A stretch of DNA of 64,000 nucleotides, taken from an uncultured Actinomycetota bacterium. GTDB lineage: Bacteria; Actinomycetota; Coriobacteriia; Anaerosomatales; JAGXFU01. A program made the translations under genes and the position numbers. Where the stretch lies: assembly GCA_963790405.1 (NCBI GenBank), contig CAWBOJ010000006.1:380858-444857 (forward strand), in the 5' to 3' direction. Shown here piece after piece: positions 45,407 to 55,399 of this stretch (its first letter is position 1; each line of letters starts with the position of its first letter). The notes beneath the pieces were generated by a model, which had not been told where the DNA came from, did no database searches, and was given only the letters and a program-made list of their open reading frames with translations.

Positions 45407-46429
45407 ATGAGCGAGCTGCTGCAAGTCGAGAATCTCGTCAAGTACTTCCCGGTCGAGCAGGGGATTCTGAGTTCCCGTCTCAGCCGAAAGGTGAAGGCGG
45501 TGGATGGCGTTTCCTTCTCGGTGGCAGCCGGCGAGACCGTGGGGCTCGTCGGTGAGTCAGGCTGTGGGAAGTCCACGACCGGACGCTGCATCATGCGACT
45601 CATCGAGCCTACTGCCGGTAGTGTGACGTTCGATGGCACGGACGTGCGCCATCTGCGGGGGAAGCAGTTCAAAGCCTTCCGCCGAGACGTGCAGATCATC
45701 TTCCAAGATCCGTACGCTTCACTCAATCCACGTATGACCATCGGTGAGATCGTCTCGGAACCGCTGGTTATTCATGCGTTTGGGACGAAGGCCGAGCGGC
45801 TGGCGCGCGTGAAGGAGTTGCTGGACGTTGTCGGTCTGAACCCGGAGCATATCAACCGCTATCCCCACGAGTTTTCGGGAGGTCAGCGGCAGCGCATCGG
45901 CATCGCGCGGGCGCTTGCGCTCAAGCCCAAGCTCATTGTGTGCGATGAACCGGTCTCGGCACTCGACGTCTCCATCCAGGCCCAGGTCATCAACCTGCTC
46001 GACACGCTTCAAGATGAGTTCGGGCTGACGTATCTGTTTATCGCCCACGATCTCTCGGTTGTGCGCCATATTTCGGACCGGGTGGCGGTGATGTACCTGG
46101 GCAAGATCGTCGAGTTTGCTGATTGGAAAGAACTCTACGACGCTCCGCACCATCCCTACACACAGTCACTGCTCTCGGCGGTGCCGGTCCCCGACCCGGC
46201 GAAGCAGCGTGAGCGATCAAGGATCATCCTCGAAGGTGACGTTCCCAGTCCGATCGACCCTCCCGGCGGGTGTAACTTCCACACTCGGTGTCCGATCGCG
46301 AAGTTCCCGATCTGCTCGGAGCAGGTTCCGGAGTTGCGTGACATCGGTGGTGGTCACACGGCGGCGTGTCATTTCGCGGCTCCGTTCCCGATTGAGCTTG
46401 CCGAGGCGACGGAGCAAGTAGGCGGATAG
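45407..46429 (+). CDS. Peptide ABC ATPase, OppF family
   Basis: [23 protein letters not shown]...GCNFHTRC. Confidence 0.94.
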   Translation: MSELLQVENLVKYFPVEQGILSSRLSRKVKAVDGVSFSVAAGETVGLVGESGCGKSTTGRCIMRLIEPTAGSVTFDGTDVRHLRGKQFKAFRRDVQIIFQDPYASLNPRMTIGEIVSEPLVIHAFGTKAERLARVKELLDVVGLNPEHINRYPHEFSGGQRQRIGIARALALKPKLIVCDEPVSALDVSIQAQVINLLDTLQDEFGLTYLFIAHDLSVVRHISDRVAVMYLGKIVEFADWKELYDAPHHPYTQSLLSAVPVPDPAKQRERSRIILEGDVPSPIDPPGGCNFHTRCPIAKFPICSEQVPELRDIGGGHTAACHFAAPFPIELAEATEQVGG

Positions 46430-46533
46430 ACCGGTGTCCCGGCAACGGGCGGGGTCCGAGCTGGTGAGCAGGGGTAGTCAGCCATTTGGCGTATTGCTAT
46501 ACTTGCCAACGCTGTCCCCGGGGACGGGGTCAC

Positions 46534-46619
46534 GCGAGAGTGGCGGAACGGCAGACGCGCTAGCTTGAGGGGCTAGTGTCCTTAGGGACGTGAGGGTTCA
46601 AATCCCTCCTCTCGCACCA
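46534..46619 (+). tRNA. tRNA-Leu (anticodon GAG)
   Basis: GCGAGAG acceptor pairing with CTCTCGC, then ACCA; anticodon arm CTAGC-TTGAGGG-GCTAG; long variable arm; GGTTCAAATCC T-loop; upstream TATACT. Confidence 0.96.
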
Positions 46620-46628
46620 CGAAGTATC

Positions 46629-46659
46629 GAAGGCCTCCCACGGGAGGCCTTCTTCGTTT
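46629..46659. terminator. Terminator between the tRNA and the convergent phosphatase gene
   Basis: GAAGGCCTCC-CACG-GGAGGCCTTC followed by a T-rich tract. Confidence 0.8.
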
Positions 46660-46678
46660 CAGTCGGTGCTCTTCGCCC

Positions 46679-49087
46679 TCAGGATTCGCCAAGTCCCAGG
46701 TAGCGGAAGACTACGATAGCGATGTCGTCATCGGGAGTGCCGACCGCGAAGTCCCAAGCGGCCTCCATCAGCGTGTCGGCAATCACCTGGGGATCTGCGT
46801 CTCCGAGTTCGTCGACAAGTTCTAGCACGCGATCTTCGCCGAGAAACTCGCCCCCGCGACGCGTGTCGATGAGTCCATCGCTGTACATTATCAGACGCTG
46901 GCGTGGATGCAGGTGCACGGAGTAGGTCTCAAATTCATGCTCGCCGAACACGGCCAGAGGCGGATTGCGCGTAGTGGCATGTTCCGTGCAGCCGAGTTGA
47001 TCGCAAATCAGCGGGAGGGGGTGGCCCGCGCACACGATTGTGGTGTCGCCTGACGCCAGGTCCACGACGCCGTAGAGCATGGTGATGAATCGCCCTTCCT
47101 CGACTTGCAGGGCGAGGGTTCGGTTGGCTGCGCGTGCCACCAAGGCGGGATCCTGCAACTCGTACGCGAATGCCCTAAGCGTACTCTTGGCGACAGAGGT
47201 GATTGCGGCGGCTTCGATACCCTTGCCCGATACGTCTCCGATGACGAACGCGACGCGGTTGTCTTGGAGCTTGAACAGATCGAAGAAGTCGCCGCCGATC
47301 TGAGCCAGCTCGGTGGCGCTACGGTACGCCCACGCGAGCTCAAGTCCCGACACATCCGAGTCTATTCGGAGCATGGAGGTCTGGAGTGTGTCCGCGACAA
47401 GACGTTCCCCGGCGTATAGGCGGGCGTTCTCCATCGCCAAAGCGAGTGCGGATCCGAGTTTGCGCGCGAAGTCGTGTTCTTCAGTCGTGAACTCGTGATG
47501 AGCTTGGCGCCACACGAAGGTGAGGGCGCCGAAGTGCTCGGATCTGAACTGCAGTGGTATGGCAAGTGCGGAGGTCACGTTGTGGTCGCGGGCCGCAGCG
47601 AAGCTGGAGTCGGGATAGCGAGCCGGAAGATCCTCGATGGCCAGCGGTTCATCGAGACGTATGGCTTCGGCTACGTGCGGAACTTCTCTGTCTGTGAAGC
47701 GTTGGTTGATGATCAGGTCCGGGTAGCCATGCGCGAGCCGGGGTATCCAGCGGCCGTGGTCTTCGATCCAGACAGTGGCGGCGTCGGCACCGATCACGGC
47801 TACACCCAAGGACGTGACGCGACGCATGACCTCATCGAGGTCGAATGTCGAGTTAATGGCGCGGTCTATGGCATTGAGCGCTTCACCGAGGTCACGTGCG
47901 TGGTAGAGACGTTGCTCGGCGTCCTTTCGCACTGTGATGTCTTCGATGATCGCCACGATGTATCGGGGCGATCCAGAGTCATTCCGTACGATGCTACGTG
48001 AAACGCTCACCCAGACGAGTGACCCGTCTGGACGCACGAAGCGCTTCTCTAGGTGAGGCTCTGACAGTTCTCCGGCCAACAGGCGCTCGACGAGCATCTC
48101 CTCGGCAACCTGATCGTTGCTGTGGGTCGCGCCGGAGGGGCGGATCTGTCGCAAGGACTCAAGTGAGTGGCCGGTGATCTCACCAAGCCTGCGATTGGCA
48201 AGGAGCAACCGTCCGTCAAGTGAAATGTGGGCGATGCCGACGGTTGCCTGCTCGAAGGTGGAACGGAATCGGACCTCACTCTCGCGGAGTCTCTCGCTCG
48301 TCTCTGTGAGCTCATGGAACAACACTGCATACGGGCGCAAGATCCCAGTTTCAACTATGGCTCGATAGAGCAGGTAGAAAGCCAATATCCGCAGAAGGTG
48401 TCCGCCCATATTCTCGAGAGACACGGGCGTCACGTAGAGGGTGAACGCGAACTCGGCGGTGATGCTGGCGATGATCGAACCGGCGAGCAAACGAAGCACC
48501 TGTGGATCGAAGGACCTCCGATTGGAAAGGAGTCCGACCAGCCCGATCACGAATGCAGAGATGACCAGCCACTCGCTCCATATCTTGAACGGTGTGAGTT
48601 CACCCGATGCGGGAAGTGCTGAAGGGAAGTGTCCGCTGAAGACCAGGACAACCAGCGTGAGCGTCAGGCTCGCGAATGCCGCAAACACGACATTCGCCCG
48701 GAAGCGTTTCCCGGCGAACATCGGCGCGATGATCAAAGCTGCGGACTGGACATAGCGCGCGATGAGCCACAGCTGGGTAGGCAACTCGGTCGACGAGTAT
48801 GCCGAGAAGGTCTCGACGCCCTGGTAGGCCAGCATGTGGAGTCCGTCGACAGCGGCGACGAAGAAGTAGGCGATTCCCAGGAACACCAAGTACCCGTTGT
48901 CGATGTAGCGTCGGGCATTCCACGTGACCATGAAGGTGCCGATCGCCACAGAGATCGTGAAGAGTTCGGCAAGCGTATGAAATATGGGATACCCCAACGA
49001 GTACCGAATGGCTACGAGTGCGGAGGCAACAACGACACCCCAGACGGAGTATTCAGGTATCGCGTGGCGTGTGCGAGTCGTGTCCAT
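46679..49087 (-). CDS. MASE3-PAS-GAF-SpoIIE (PP2C) serine phosphatase
   Basis: FHTLAELF and DGLHMLAY membrane sensor motifs; PAS/PAC; GAF; GGDFFD, GDVSGKG, YSDGL, DDIAIV. Confidence 0.9.
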   Translation of the reverse strand: MDTTRTRHAIPEYSVWGVVVASALVAIRYSLGYPIFHTLAELFTISVAIGTFMVTWNARRYIDNGYLVFLGIAYFFVAAVDGLHMLAYQGVETFSAYSSTELPTQLWLIARYVQSAALIIAPMFAGKRFRANVVFAAFASLTLTLVVLVFSGHFPSALPASGELTPFKIWSEWLVISAFVIGLVGLLSNRRSFDPQVLRLLAGSIIASITAEFAFTLYVTPVSLENMGGHLLRILAFYLLYRAIVETGILRPYAVLFHELTETSERLRESEVRFRSTFEQATVGIAHISLDGRLLLANRRLGEITGHSLESLRQIRPSGATHSNDQVAEEMLVERLLAGELSEPHLEKRFVRPDGSLVWVSVSRSIVRNDSGSPRYIVAIIEDITVRKDAEQRLYHARDLGEALNAIDRAINSTFDLDEVMRRVTSLGVAVIGADAATVWIEDHGRWIPRLAHGYPDLIINQRFTDREVPHVAEAIRLDEPLAIEDLPARYPDSSFAAARDHNVTSALAIPLQFRSEHFGALTFVWRQAHHEFTTEEHDFARKLGSALALAMENARLYAGERLVADTLQTSMLRIDSDVSGLELAWAYRSATELAQIGGDFFDLFKLQDNRVAFVIGDVSGKGIEAAAITSVAKSTLRAFAYELQDPALVARAANRTLALQVEEGRFITMLYGVVDLASGDTTIVCAGHPLPLICDQLGCTEHATTRNPPLAVFGEHEFETYSVHLHPRQRLIMYSDGLIDTRRGGEFLGEDRVLELVDELGDADPQVIADTLMEAAWDFAVGTPDDDIAIVVFRYLGLGES

Positions 49088-49220
49088 TGCACCCCGTGTG
49101 GGTTGACAGCGTAGTTCATCGTCGCATGTCTGCAGATACTCCTTCAAGCCGACACGAATGGGGTCGAGCAAGGGATGCTACGCTATCGTCGTGCAGTGAC
49201 GCGGACTTGGGGGATGCTCA

Positions 49221-49958
49221 GTGATTGACTTCTTCAATATCTCGCTGGGCGAGGGGATCGGTTGCGCATGTCGCCGGTGCTCGCCTCCCACGCCCGAACA
49301 CTTTCGCGAGGTTGACGCCATCTTGGAGGAAGTGTCTCGTGCCGTTGCGCTCTGGGACGGGGTTGGTCCCGGACCCAACATCGCCTTCACCGGTCCAGAA
49401 CCGTACAGACACCGGCGGCTGCCCACGCTTGCCCAGGGTGCGATGGCGGCTGGCGTACAGCGCCTGAGTCTTTCCACCGACGCTGTGGCGTTGGCCATGC
49501 CGGACACCGCCGCGGGCTCTCTCGATGCCGGAGTGCGCCACATCGAAGTGCCGTTGCTGGGCGCTTCATCGCACAGCCATGATGCGCTGTCCGGGACACC
49601 AGGTTCGTTCGATGGCGCGTTAGCCGGCATGCGGACTCTGAAGTCCGTAGGCGAGGAGCGAGGAGTCCCCGTCCTCATCTGTGGCCGGGTGCGTGTGTGC
49701 AGTCACAATGTCCGTGAGCTTCCGGGGATCGTGATCGCGTTTGCGCAAGTCGGTGCCAACAGCGTGACGCTCGAGCTTGACGGCACGGTTCCCGCGACGG
49801 TCGCGCGTCCGTGGGTCGGTGCCGCGGTGGATACGGGAATCGTGAGTAACGTGTGGGTGGCTCTTGAGGGAGCGACTGCCGAGGAGTATCGGATCGCGCC
49901 TTTGCACGAGCACAATGCAACGCGTCTTCTTCCGTCCAGCGGGGAGGGGGCTGCGTGA
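49221..49958 (+). CDS. Radical-SAM-fold protein with atypical CxCxxC motif
   Basis: CACRRC, AFTGPEP (GGEP-like), HDALSGTPGSFDGALAG. Confidence 0.7.
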   Translation: MIDFFNISLGEGIGCACRRCSPPTPEHFREVDAILEEVSRAVALWDGVGPGPNIAFTGPEPYRHRRLPTLAQGAMAAGVQRLSLSTDAVALAMPDTAAGSLDAGVRHIEVPLLGASSHSHDALSGTPGSFDGALAGMRTLKSVGEERGVPVLICGRVRVCSHNVRELPGIVIAFAQVGANSVTLELDGTVPATVARPWVGAAVDTGIVSNVWVALEGATAEEYRIAPLHEHNATRLLPSSGEGAA

Positions 49959-51244
49959 GTCGCCCAGAACTTGCGGTTGCACTCGTCGGATTGAACTGGC
50001 CCGGCTACCAATCCTTAGCCCTCGGCTACGTGCAGGCGTACGCGCAACAAGACGAACGCCTCGCCGGAAAGGTGGGGTTCACTACTCTGAACCTTGCGTG
50101 CGATCAAGATCCGTGGTGGGTTGTGTATCGACTCGTGGCGATGGAACCGGATGCGGTCGGCTTCACGGTGACGTGCTGGAATGCGAAGGCCGTGTACGAC
50201 GCGTGCAGAATCCTTCGGCTGGCCTTGCCGGACACGTTCATAGTCCTAGGAGGGCCTGAAGTAGGACCGATCGCCGAGGATGTGCTTGAGCGCAACCCAG
50301 CTGTGGACGCGGTCGTACGAGGCGAGGGCGAGGAGACGTTCGCAGAGCTGCTCTACACCGTGCTCAAGAAGGGGAAGCTCTGGAAGATCGAAGGGGTAAC
50401 CTGTCGCCGAGACGGATCGGTCACCTCCGCTCCGGACCGTCCACCGATTTCTGATCTAGACACCATCCCGTCCCCGTACGCTACAGGCACGCTTGCGCCG
50501 ATTGACGGTGCTACCTACATCGAGACGTCTCGCGGCTGTCCGCACAAGTGCGCGTACTGCTACGAGGGCAAGGGAGTGCAACGAGTTCGCTCGTTCAGCG
50601 ACGCGCGGATCGCGGCTGACATCGAAGCCGTCGCAACCACCCCGGGAATCACGAACTTCTCGTTCATCGACTCTGTCTTCAACCTAACCGACGGCAGGCT
50701 AGAGATGCTGTCCGAAGTCATGGCGCCTCATGCGGCGCGAGGGATCCGGCTCCACACGATTGAGGTGGACATCGAGCGGGTTGATGAGCATCAGGCCGAC
50801 CTGCTCCGTCGCGCAGGCGTGGTGAGCGTGGAAACAGGGCCACAGAGCGTGGGGGAGAAGGCACTTGAGGCATGTGAGCGGCGGTTCGATCCTCAGCGCT
50901 TCGAGGCGGGGGTTGAGGCCTGCAAGCGTGTCGGAATCTCTGTCGAGTGCGACTTGATCGTCGGGTTGCCGCACGACACGCTTGAGGATTTCATGGATGG
51001 TCTCCGCTTCGTCTTGGATCTCGATCCGGGGAAGATCCAGTTCTCGACATTACATGTCTTGCCCGGCACATTGTTGTGGAACCAAGCGGAGCGCTTCGGG
51101 CTGGTATACAACACCGAGCCTCCACACGAGGTGGTCCGCACACCAGACATGAGCTTCACGGATCTTCGGCGAGCCGAGGTCTTCGGCTGTGCAGTCACCG
51201 CGCACTACCGGGCGCGCGTCGACGTACCGGCCAACCCCACGTAG
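49955..51244 (+). CDS. Cobalamin-binding radical SAM protein
   Basis: N-terminal B12-binding domain (LGGPE, VVRGEGEETF); ETSRGCPHKCAYC; LIVGLP. Confidence 0.9.
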   Translation: MSRPELAVALVGLNWPGYQSLALGYVQAYAQQDERLAGKVGFTTLNLACDQDPWWVVYRLVAMEPDAVGFTVTCWNAKAVYDACRILRLALPDTFIVLGGPEVGPIAEDVLERNPAVDAVVRGEGEETFAELLYTVLKKGKLWKIEGVTCRRDGSVTSAPDRPPISDLDTIPSPYATGTLAPIDGATYIETSRGCPHKCAYCYEGKGVQRVRSFSDARIAADIEAVATTPGITNFSFIDSVFNLTDGRLEMLSEVMAPHAARGIRLHTIEVDIERVDEHQADLLRRAGVVSVETGPQSVGEKALEACERRFDPQRFEAGVEACKRVGISVECDLIVGLPHDTLEDFMDGLRFVLDLDPGKIQFSTLHVLPGTLLWNQAERFGLVYNTEPPHEVVRTPDMSFTDLRRAEVFGCAVTAHYRARVDVPANPT

Positions 51245-51282
51245 AATCGGACAGTGGAGTCCGAGACCGATCTGGGAGCACA

Positions 51283-52437
51283 ATGACCGTATCCAAGCGT
51301 GCTCGTGCCGTACGGCCTTTCGTTGTCATGGATGTGGTCGCCCGGGCGAAGGAACTCGAGAGTCTTGGTCGAGACATCGTGCGTCTCGAGATCGGAGACC
51401 CCGACCTGCCCACACCTGACATCGTGACCAAGGCTGCCGAGCGCGCCATGGAATCCGGCGATACCGGCTACACGCAGTCCGCCGGTCTGCCTTCACTCCG
51501 TGAAGCCGTCGCGAGTCACTACCACGAGCGCTACGACGTGGCTGTCGATCCCGAGAACATCGTTGTGACGCAGGGAACCTCCCCGGCGATGTTGCTTGTG
51601 TTCGGCGCACTACTCGATCCAGGTGACGAGGTCGTGATCTCGGATCCTGGATACCCGGCGTATTCGAACTATGTTGAGTTCCTGGGAGGCGTGGCTCGCC
51701 GCGTGCGAGTGCGTGCCGAGGAAGGATTCCGCTTCCGCCCCGACGAGATTCGCGCGGCGATAACCGAGCGTACACGCGCCATCATGATCAATTCGCCAGC
51801 CAACCCCATGGGCACGGTCCTACCTGCCGAGGATATCGCTGAGCTCGCTGCTATAGCCGAGGAGACAGGTGTGTGGATCGTCAGCGACGAGATCTACCAC
51901 GGTCTGCAATTCGAAGGCCGGGAGAGAAGCATTCTTGAGTTCACCGACAGGGCTTTCGTACTCAACGGGTTCTCGAAAGCCTACGCGATGACAGGCTGGC
52001 GACTCGGCTATCTGATTGCTCCGAAGGAATTCGTTCGACCGTGCGAAGTGATTCAGCAGAACTTCTTTCTGTGCGCGAACCATTTTGTCCAAGTGGCCGG
52101 CACCGTGGCTCTGACTCAGGCGCAAGGCGAGGTTGTCCGCATGCGCGCGGTGTATGACGAGCGGCGAAAGTACATCGTGCCAGCCTTGCGTGAACTGGGT
52201 CTGCGGATCGATACCGAGCCGACGGGCGCCTTCTACGTGTTTGCCGACGCGCGTGCCTGGGGCGATGACTCGCTATCGCTGGCGGGTCGCATTCTCGAGG
52301 AGGCGGGTGTGTCAGCCGCTCCCGGCATCGACTTCGGACCCGGTGGAGAGGGCTTCCTGAGGTTCAGCTACGCCGCCTCGCTCGACCGGTTGCATGAGGG
52401 CGTGAGCCGCATCGCGCAGTGGCGCGAAGGTTCCTGA
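51283..52437 (+). CDS. PLP-dependent aminotransferase class I/II
   Basis: NSPANPMG, SDEIYH, GFSKAYAMTGWRLGY. Confidence 0.93.
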   Translation: MTVSKRARAVRPFVVMDVVARAKELESLGRDIVRLEIGDPDLPTPDIVTKAAERAMESGDTGYTQSAGLPSLREAVASHYHERYDVAVDPENIVVTQGTSPAMLLVFGALLDPGDEVVISDPGYPAYSNYVEFLGGVARRVRVRAEEGFRFRPDEIRAAITERTRAIMINSPANPMGTVLPAEDIAELAAIAEETGVWIVSDEIYHGLQFEGRERSILEFTDRAFVLNGFSKAYAMTGWRLGYLIAPKEFVRPCEVIQQNFFLCANHFVQVAGTVALTQAQGEVVRMRAVYDERRKYIVPALRELGLRIDTEPTGAFYVFADARAWGDDSLSLAGRILEEAGVSAAPGIDFGPGGEGFLRFSYAASLDRLHEGVSRIAQWREGS

Positions 52438-52725
52438 CGGAATCTGGTTGTCGTGACCGAGCGCCGTTCGCCGGAGCCAGAAGTACCGTTCTCGGAGCAG
52501 TACTGCCGTTCGGGTGCGATGTCGTCAGCGAGTTCACGCATTTCGTCACCACGAGCTATACTGATGCATCACGCACGCCGATGAACTAGACGTCGGAGGC
52601 AGAGCGAAGCATCCCGCACGGCGGCGATTGGCCGGACGAGCGGCCGCAGCGAATGCGGCACGAAGGTTGCTTCCTCATGAGGGAACCGCACTGCGCGCAA
52701 GCGCTCGTCTTTGAAGGGCCGATCA

Positions 52726-53445
52726 GTGAGCGATATCTGGAGCAAGGCCGATCTCCACATCCATAGCACCCATAGCGACGGGTTGGCCAGGATTCCGGAG
52801 ATCATGGACTACGTCCAGGATCAGACCGATCTGAAGGTCGTCGCGATTACTGATCACAACACCATCGAGGGCGCTCTGTTCGCGAAGTCGCTCGAAGAGA
52901 TGTATGACTTCGAGGTTGTTGTCGGCGAAGAGGTGTCATCCAAGTCCGGTCACGTGATCGGACTCTTCCTTGAAGAGTCGATTCCTTCAGGACTGTCTGT
53001 TGCCGAGACTATCGCGCGTATCAACGAGCAGGGTGGGGTAGCCATCATTCCTCACCCATTTTCCAACCAGGGTGTGTTCGGTCCGTTCGGAGTGAACACG
53101 TTCGGTGCTGCGTTCAACGAGCTTGCATTCCATGCACTTGAGGTCTACAACTCAATGCCGTTCCTCGTGTGGGCCAACCGTGTGGCTGCCAAGGTCTTCG
53201 CCGGTGGGCAAGGGCTTGCGGCGACCGGCGGCTCCGATGCGCATGTGCTTCAGGGAATCGGGAAGGGCTACACAGTGTTTCGCGGCACGTCTGTAGAGGA
53301 TCTGCGGCGTAGTCTCGACAACTTCGAGACACGGGCAGAAACCGGGCACGGTGGTCTGAGCCTGATGCTGCGCTATGCGTTCCGTTTCCCGCAGATTCGT
53401 CGACAGCAGGCCTGGAACTGGGAGCGCTGCAAAGCCGTCAAGTAG
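52726..53445 (+). CDS. PHP-domain phosphoesterase
   Basis: DLHIHSTHSDG, ITDHN, GEEV, PHPF, GGSDAH. Confidence 0.9.
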   Translation: MSDIWSKADLHIHSTHSDGLARIPEIMDYVQDQTDLKVVAITDHNTIEGALFAKSLEEMYDFEVVVGEEVSSKSGHVIGLFLEESIPSGLSVAETIARINEQGGVAIIPHPFSNQGVFGPFGVNTFGAAFNELAFHALEVYNSMPFLVWANRVAAKVFAGGQGLAATGGSDAHVLQGIGKGYTVFRGTSVEDLRRSLDNFETRAETGHGGLSLMLRYAFRFPQIRRQQAWNWERCKAVK

Positions 53446-53484
53446 CGTCGGTGTCCTTCCGACCGCTCGGCCCTGTCGGAGTAT

Positions 53485-54708
53485 CTAGCCAAGTTCGCGA
53501 GCTGTCGCTTTCAGTTGCTTGGCGAGCAGACCTGCGACTCTGGGGTTGTCGCCCCAAGCACCGATCGTGACCGTCGAGACGTGTGCTTCGACGCGTGCCT
53601 GCCTGATGGACACCTGCATGTCGATGATGGTCACGGAACTCTCGAACGGGAAGCAGGCGGGGCATACCAGCACGCGGCTACATCCGAGTGCTGCGAGGTG
53701 CCGGACCGTCTCGGTGATGTCCGGATTTCTCCATTCCGCGTAGCACAAGCGGACGTTCTGCTGAGGTAAGCCGCGGTCTATCAGGATGGACCGCACGCGA
53801 TTGGCGAACGAGTTCTCTTGAACATCGAAAGAGGTGTGGCTCTTCTGCCAGGCATCGGGCTGTCCATGCAGCGTTAGTGCTACACCCGTGTGCTCCGGGA
53901 CATCTCGAGCCTGCCAGACGAGGTCGGAGACGTGCTCGCACAACTCGGCAGATCCCCAAAGGGGCGGGGTGTAGCTGAGCCGAAGCCCGTGTGACTCAGG
54001 TCTCAAGGAGTCCACCGCAGCCTTGGCGCGATCCATGGCGTAGGACTCACCGACAGCCAGCGTCGCGACGACGATGTTGCGGAAGCCATCCTGCGCTGCC
54101 TGAACAACTACTCGATCTAGAGTGTCGCGGCCGACGCCCGATACGAAACGGACTGCACCGAAGTCCTTGCCGAGCTCAGATTCGACGTTCTCAGACAATG
54201 CTCGTGCTTGACGTGCAGCCGGGCTGGTGCCGCCGAGTGCGCGATACCGTGCCTTCTGCGCGGCATACAGAAATGGTGCGATGCCCAGTGTTGCTTCAGG
54301 CAGACCCGCTGCAGCGAGGCGTTCCAGCTCCTGTGCGATAGCGGATGGCCTGTAGTGCTCCGGTTCGATCTGAGCGACGATGAGCGCCAATGGACCCGAG
54401 ACGGTGTCATCGAACGTGTCGGGCAGTTCGGGGGTGCTGCGTCGGGCGGCAAGGTAGGGGAGCAGTGCTGAGGCGAGCGCGTAGCCACCGCCGACAGAGC
54501 CGACCGAGAGGCCCAGAGCGGCAAGCGTCACGTTTGCCTGGCCGTAGGCGTCTACGACTTCGATGATTCCCCACGCTCCACCGACTATTCCCGCTATGGC
54601 CAAGAAGAGGAGCAGGGGTTCTCGTCCCCGTGATACCACCAGCAGGCCTACGACCGATGTGCCGACCGTTAGCCCACCTATGAAGATGGTGCCCCACTCG
54701 ATTGTCAT
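53485..54708 (-). CDS. Membrane-anchored ferrochelatase/class II chelatase-like protein
   Basis: Three N-terminal TM helices; RYRALGGTSP, LTLHGQP, C-terminal PDITETV...VLVCPACF. Confidence 0.7.
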   Translation of the reverse strand: MTIEWGTIFIGGLTVGTSVVGLLVVSRGREPLLLFLAIAGIVGGAWGIIEVVDAYGQANVTLAALGLSVGSVGGGYALASALLPYLAARRSTPELPDTFDDTVSGPLALIVAQIEPEHYRPSAIAQELERLAAAGLPEATLGIAPFLYAAQKARYRALGGTSPAARQARALSENVESELGKDFGAVRFVSGVGRDTLDRVVVQAAQDGFRNIVVATLAVGESYAMDRAKAAVDSLRPESHGLRLSYTPPLWGSAELCEHVSDLVWQARDVPEHTGVALTLHGQPDAWQKSHTSFDVQENSFANRVRSILIDRGLPQQNVRLCYAEWRNPDITETVRHLAALGCSRVLVCPACFPFESSVTIIDMQVSIRQARVEAHVSTVTIGAWGDNPRVAGLLAKQLKATARELG

Positions 54709-54775
54709 ACGGTGTGCTCCTCGGTCTTGTTGCTGGGTGGTCTCAAGGATACCCGTACGGAGGGTTCAACACACG

Positions 54776-54804
54776 TTGACTACTAATACCCCAGGGGGTA
54801 TACT
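54776..54804 (+). promoter_or_regulatory. trxA promoter with CsoR/CstR-type operator
   Basis: TTGACT-17 nt-TATACT; ATACCCC-AG-GGGGTAT at 54786-54801. Confidence 0.85.
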
Positions 54805-54852
54805 AGCCCGTGAAATGACAAGCGTGGTTTGTCGCTATAGGGAGGAAGTCCG

Positions 54853-55173
54853 ATGAGTACAGCAGTGAAAGACGTATCGACCTCTGAGTTCACTTCGGAG
54901 GTTCTGGACGCAACCGTTCCCGTTGTGGTCGACTTCTGGGCACCGTGGTGCGGTCCGTGTCGTGTGGTAGGTCCCGAAGTCGAGAAACTTGCGGATCGCA
55001 TGAACGACAGCGCTAAGTTCGTGAAGGTGAACGTGGACGACAACCGTGACATCGCAATGAAGTACGGCATCATGAGCATTCCGACTATTGCGAAGTTCGA
55101 GCGAGGAAACATGATCACCCAAGTGGTTGGGGCACGCGGTGCCGATGCGCTAGCCTCGGAACTCGGGCTGTAG
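54853..55173 (+). CDS. trxA: Thioredoxin
   Basis: DFWAPWCGPC, MSIPT; GGAGG RBS. Confidence 0.96.
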   Translation: MSTAVKDVSTSEFTSEVLDATVPVVVDFWAPWCGPCRVVGPEVEKLADRMNDSAKFVKVNVDDNRDIAMKYGIMSIPTIAKFERGNMITQVVGARGADALASELGL

Positions 55174-55183
55174 GCTGGTATCA

Positions 55184-55399
55184 TTGCCTACGTACGAACT
55201 GACTTGCCAGGCTTGTGGTGAGCGCTTCGACCGATTCTTCACCAGGTTGCTTCGCGAAGAGGACAAGGTGTGTCCGGTTTGCGGGTCCACACAGGTGAAG
55301 TGCGGTTTCGGGGGAGGTATCCTTGGCAAGGGAACGAGCGCCGGTGTCGGTGCCGTGCCCGCCGCCTCGTGCGGGACAGGGGGCTTCACTTGAGGCTAG
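55184..55399 (+). CDS. FmdB-family zinc-ribbon protein; possible Sec at TGA 55391 (ends at 55393 if UGA is stop)
   Basis: MPTYE..CQAC..CPVC; ends CGTGGFT-TGA-GGC-TAG with a downstream hairpin. Confidence 0.85.

Noticed and set aside
52660-52695. Cobalamin riboswitch (GGTT...AGGGAA...GCACTG)
   Set aside because: Elements are far too compressed and the expected intervening helices are missing
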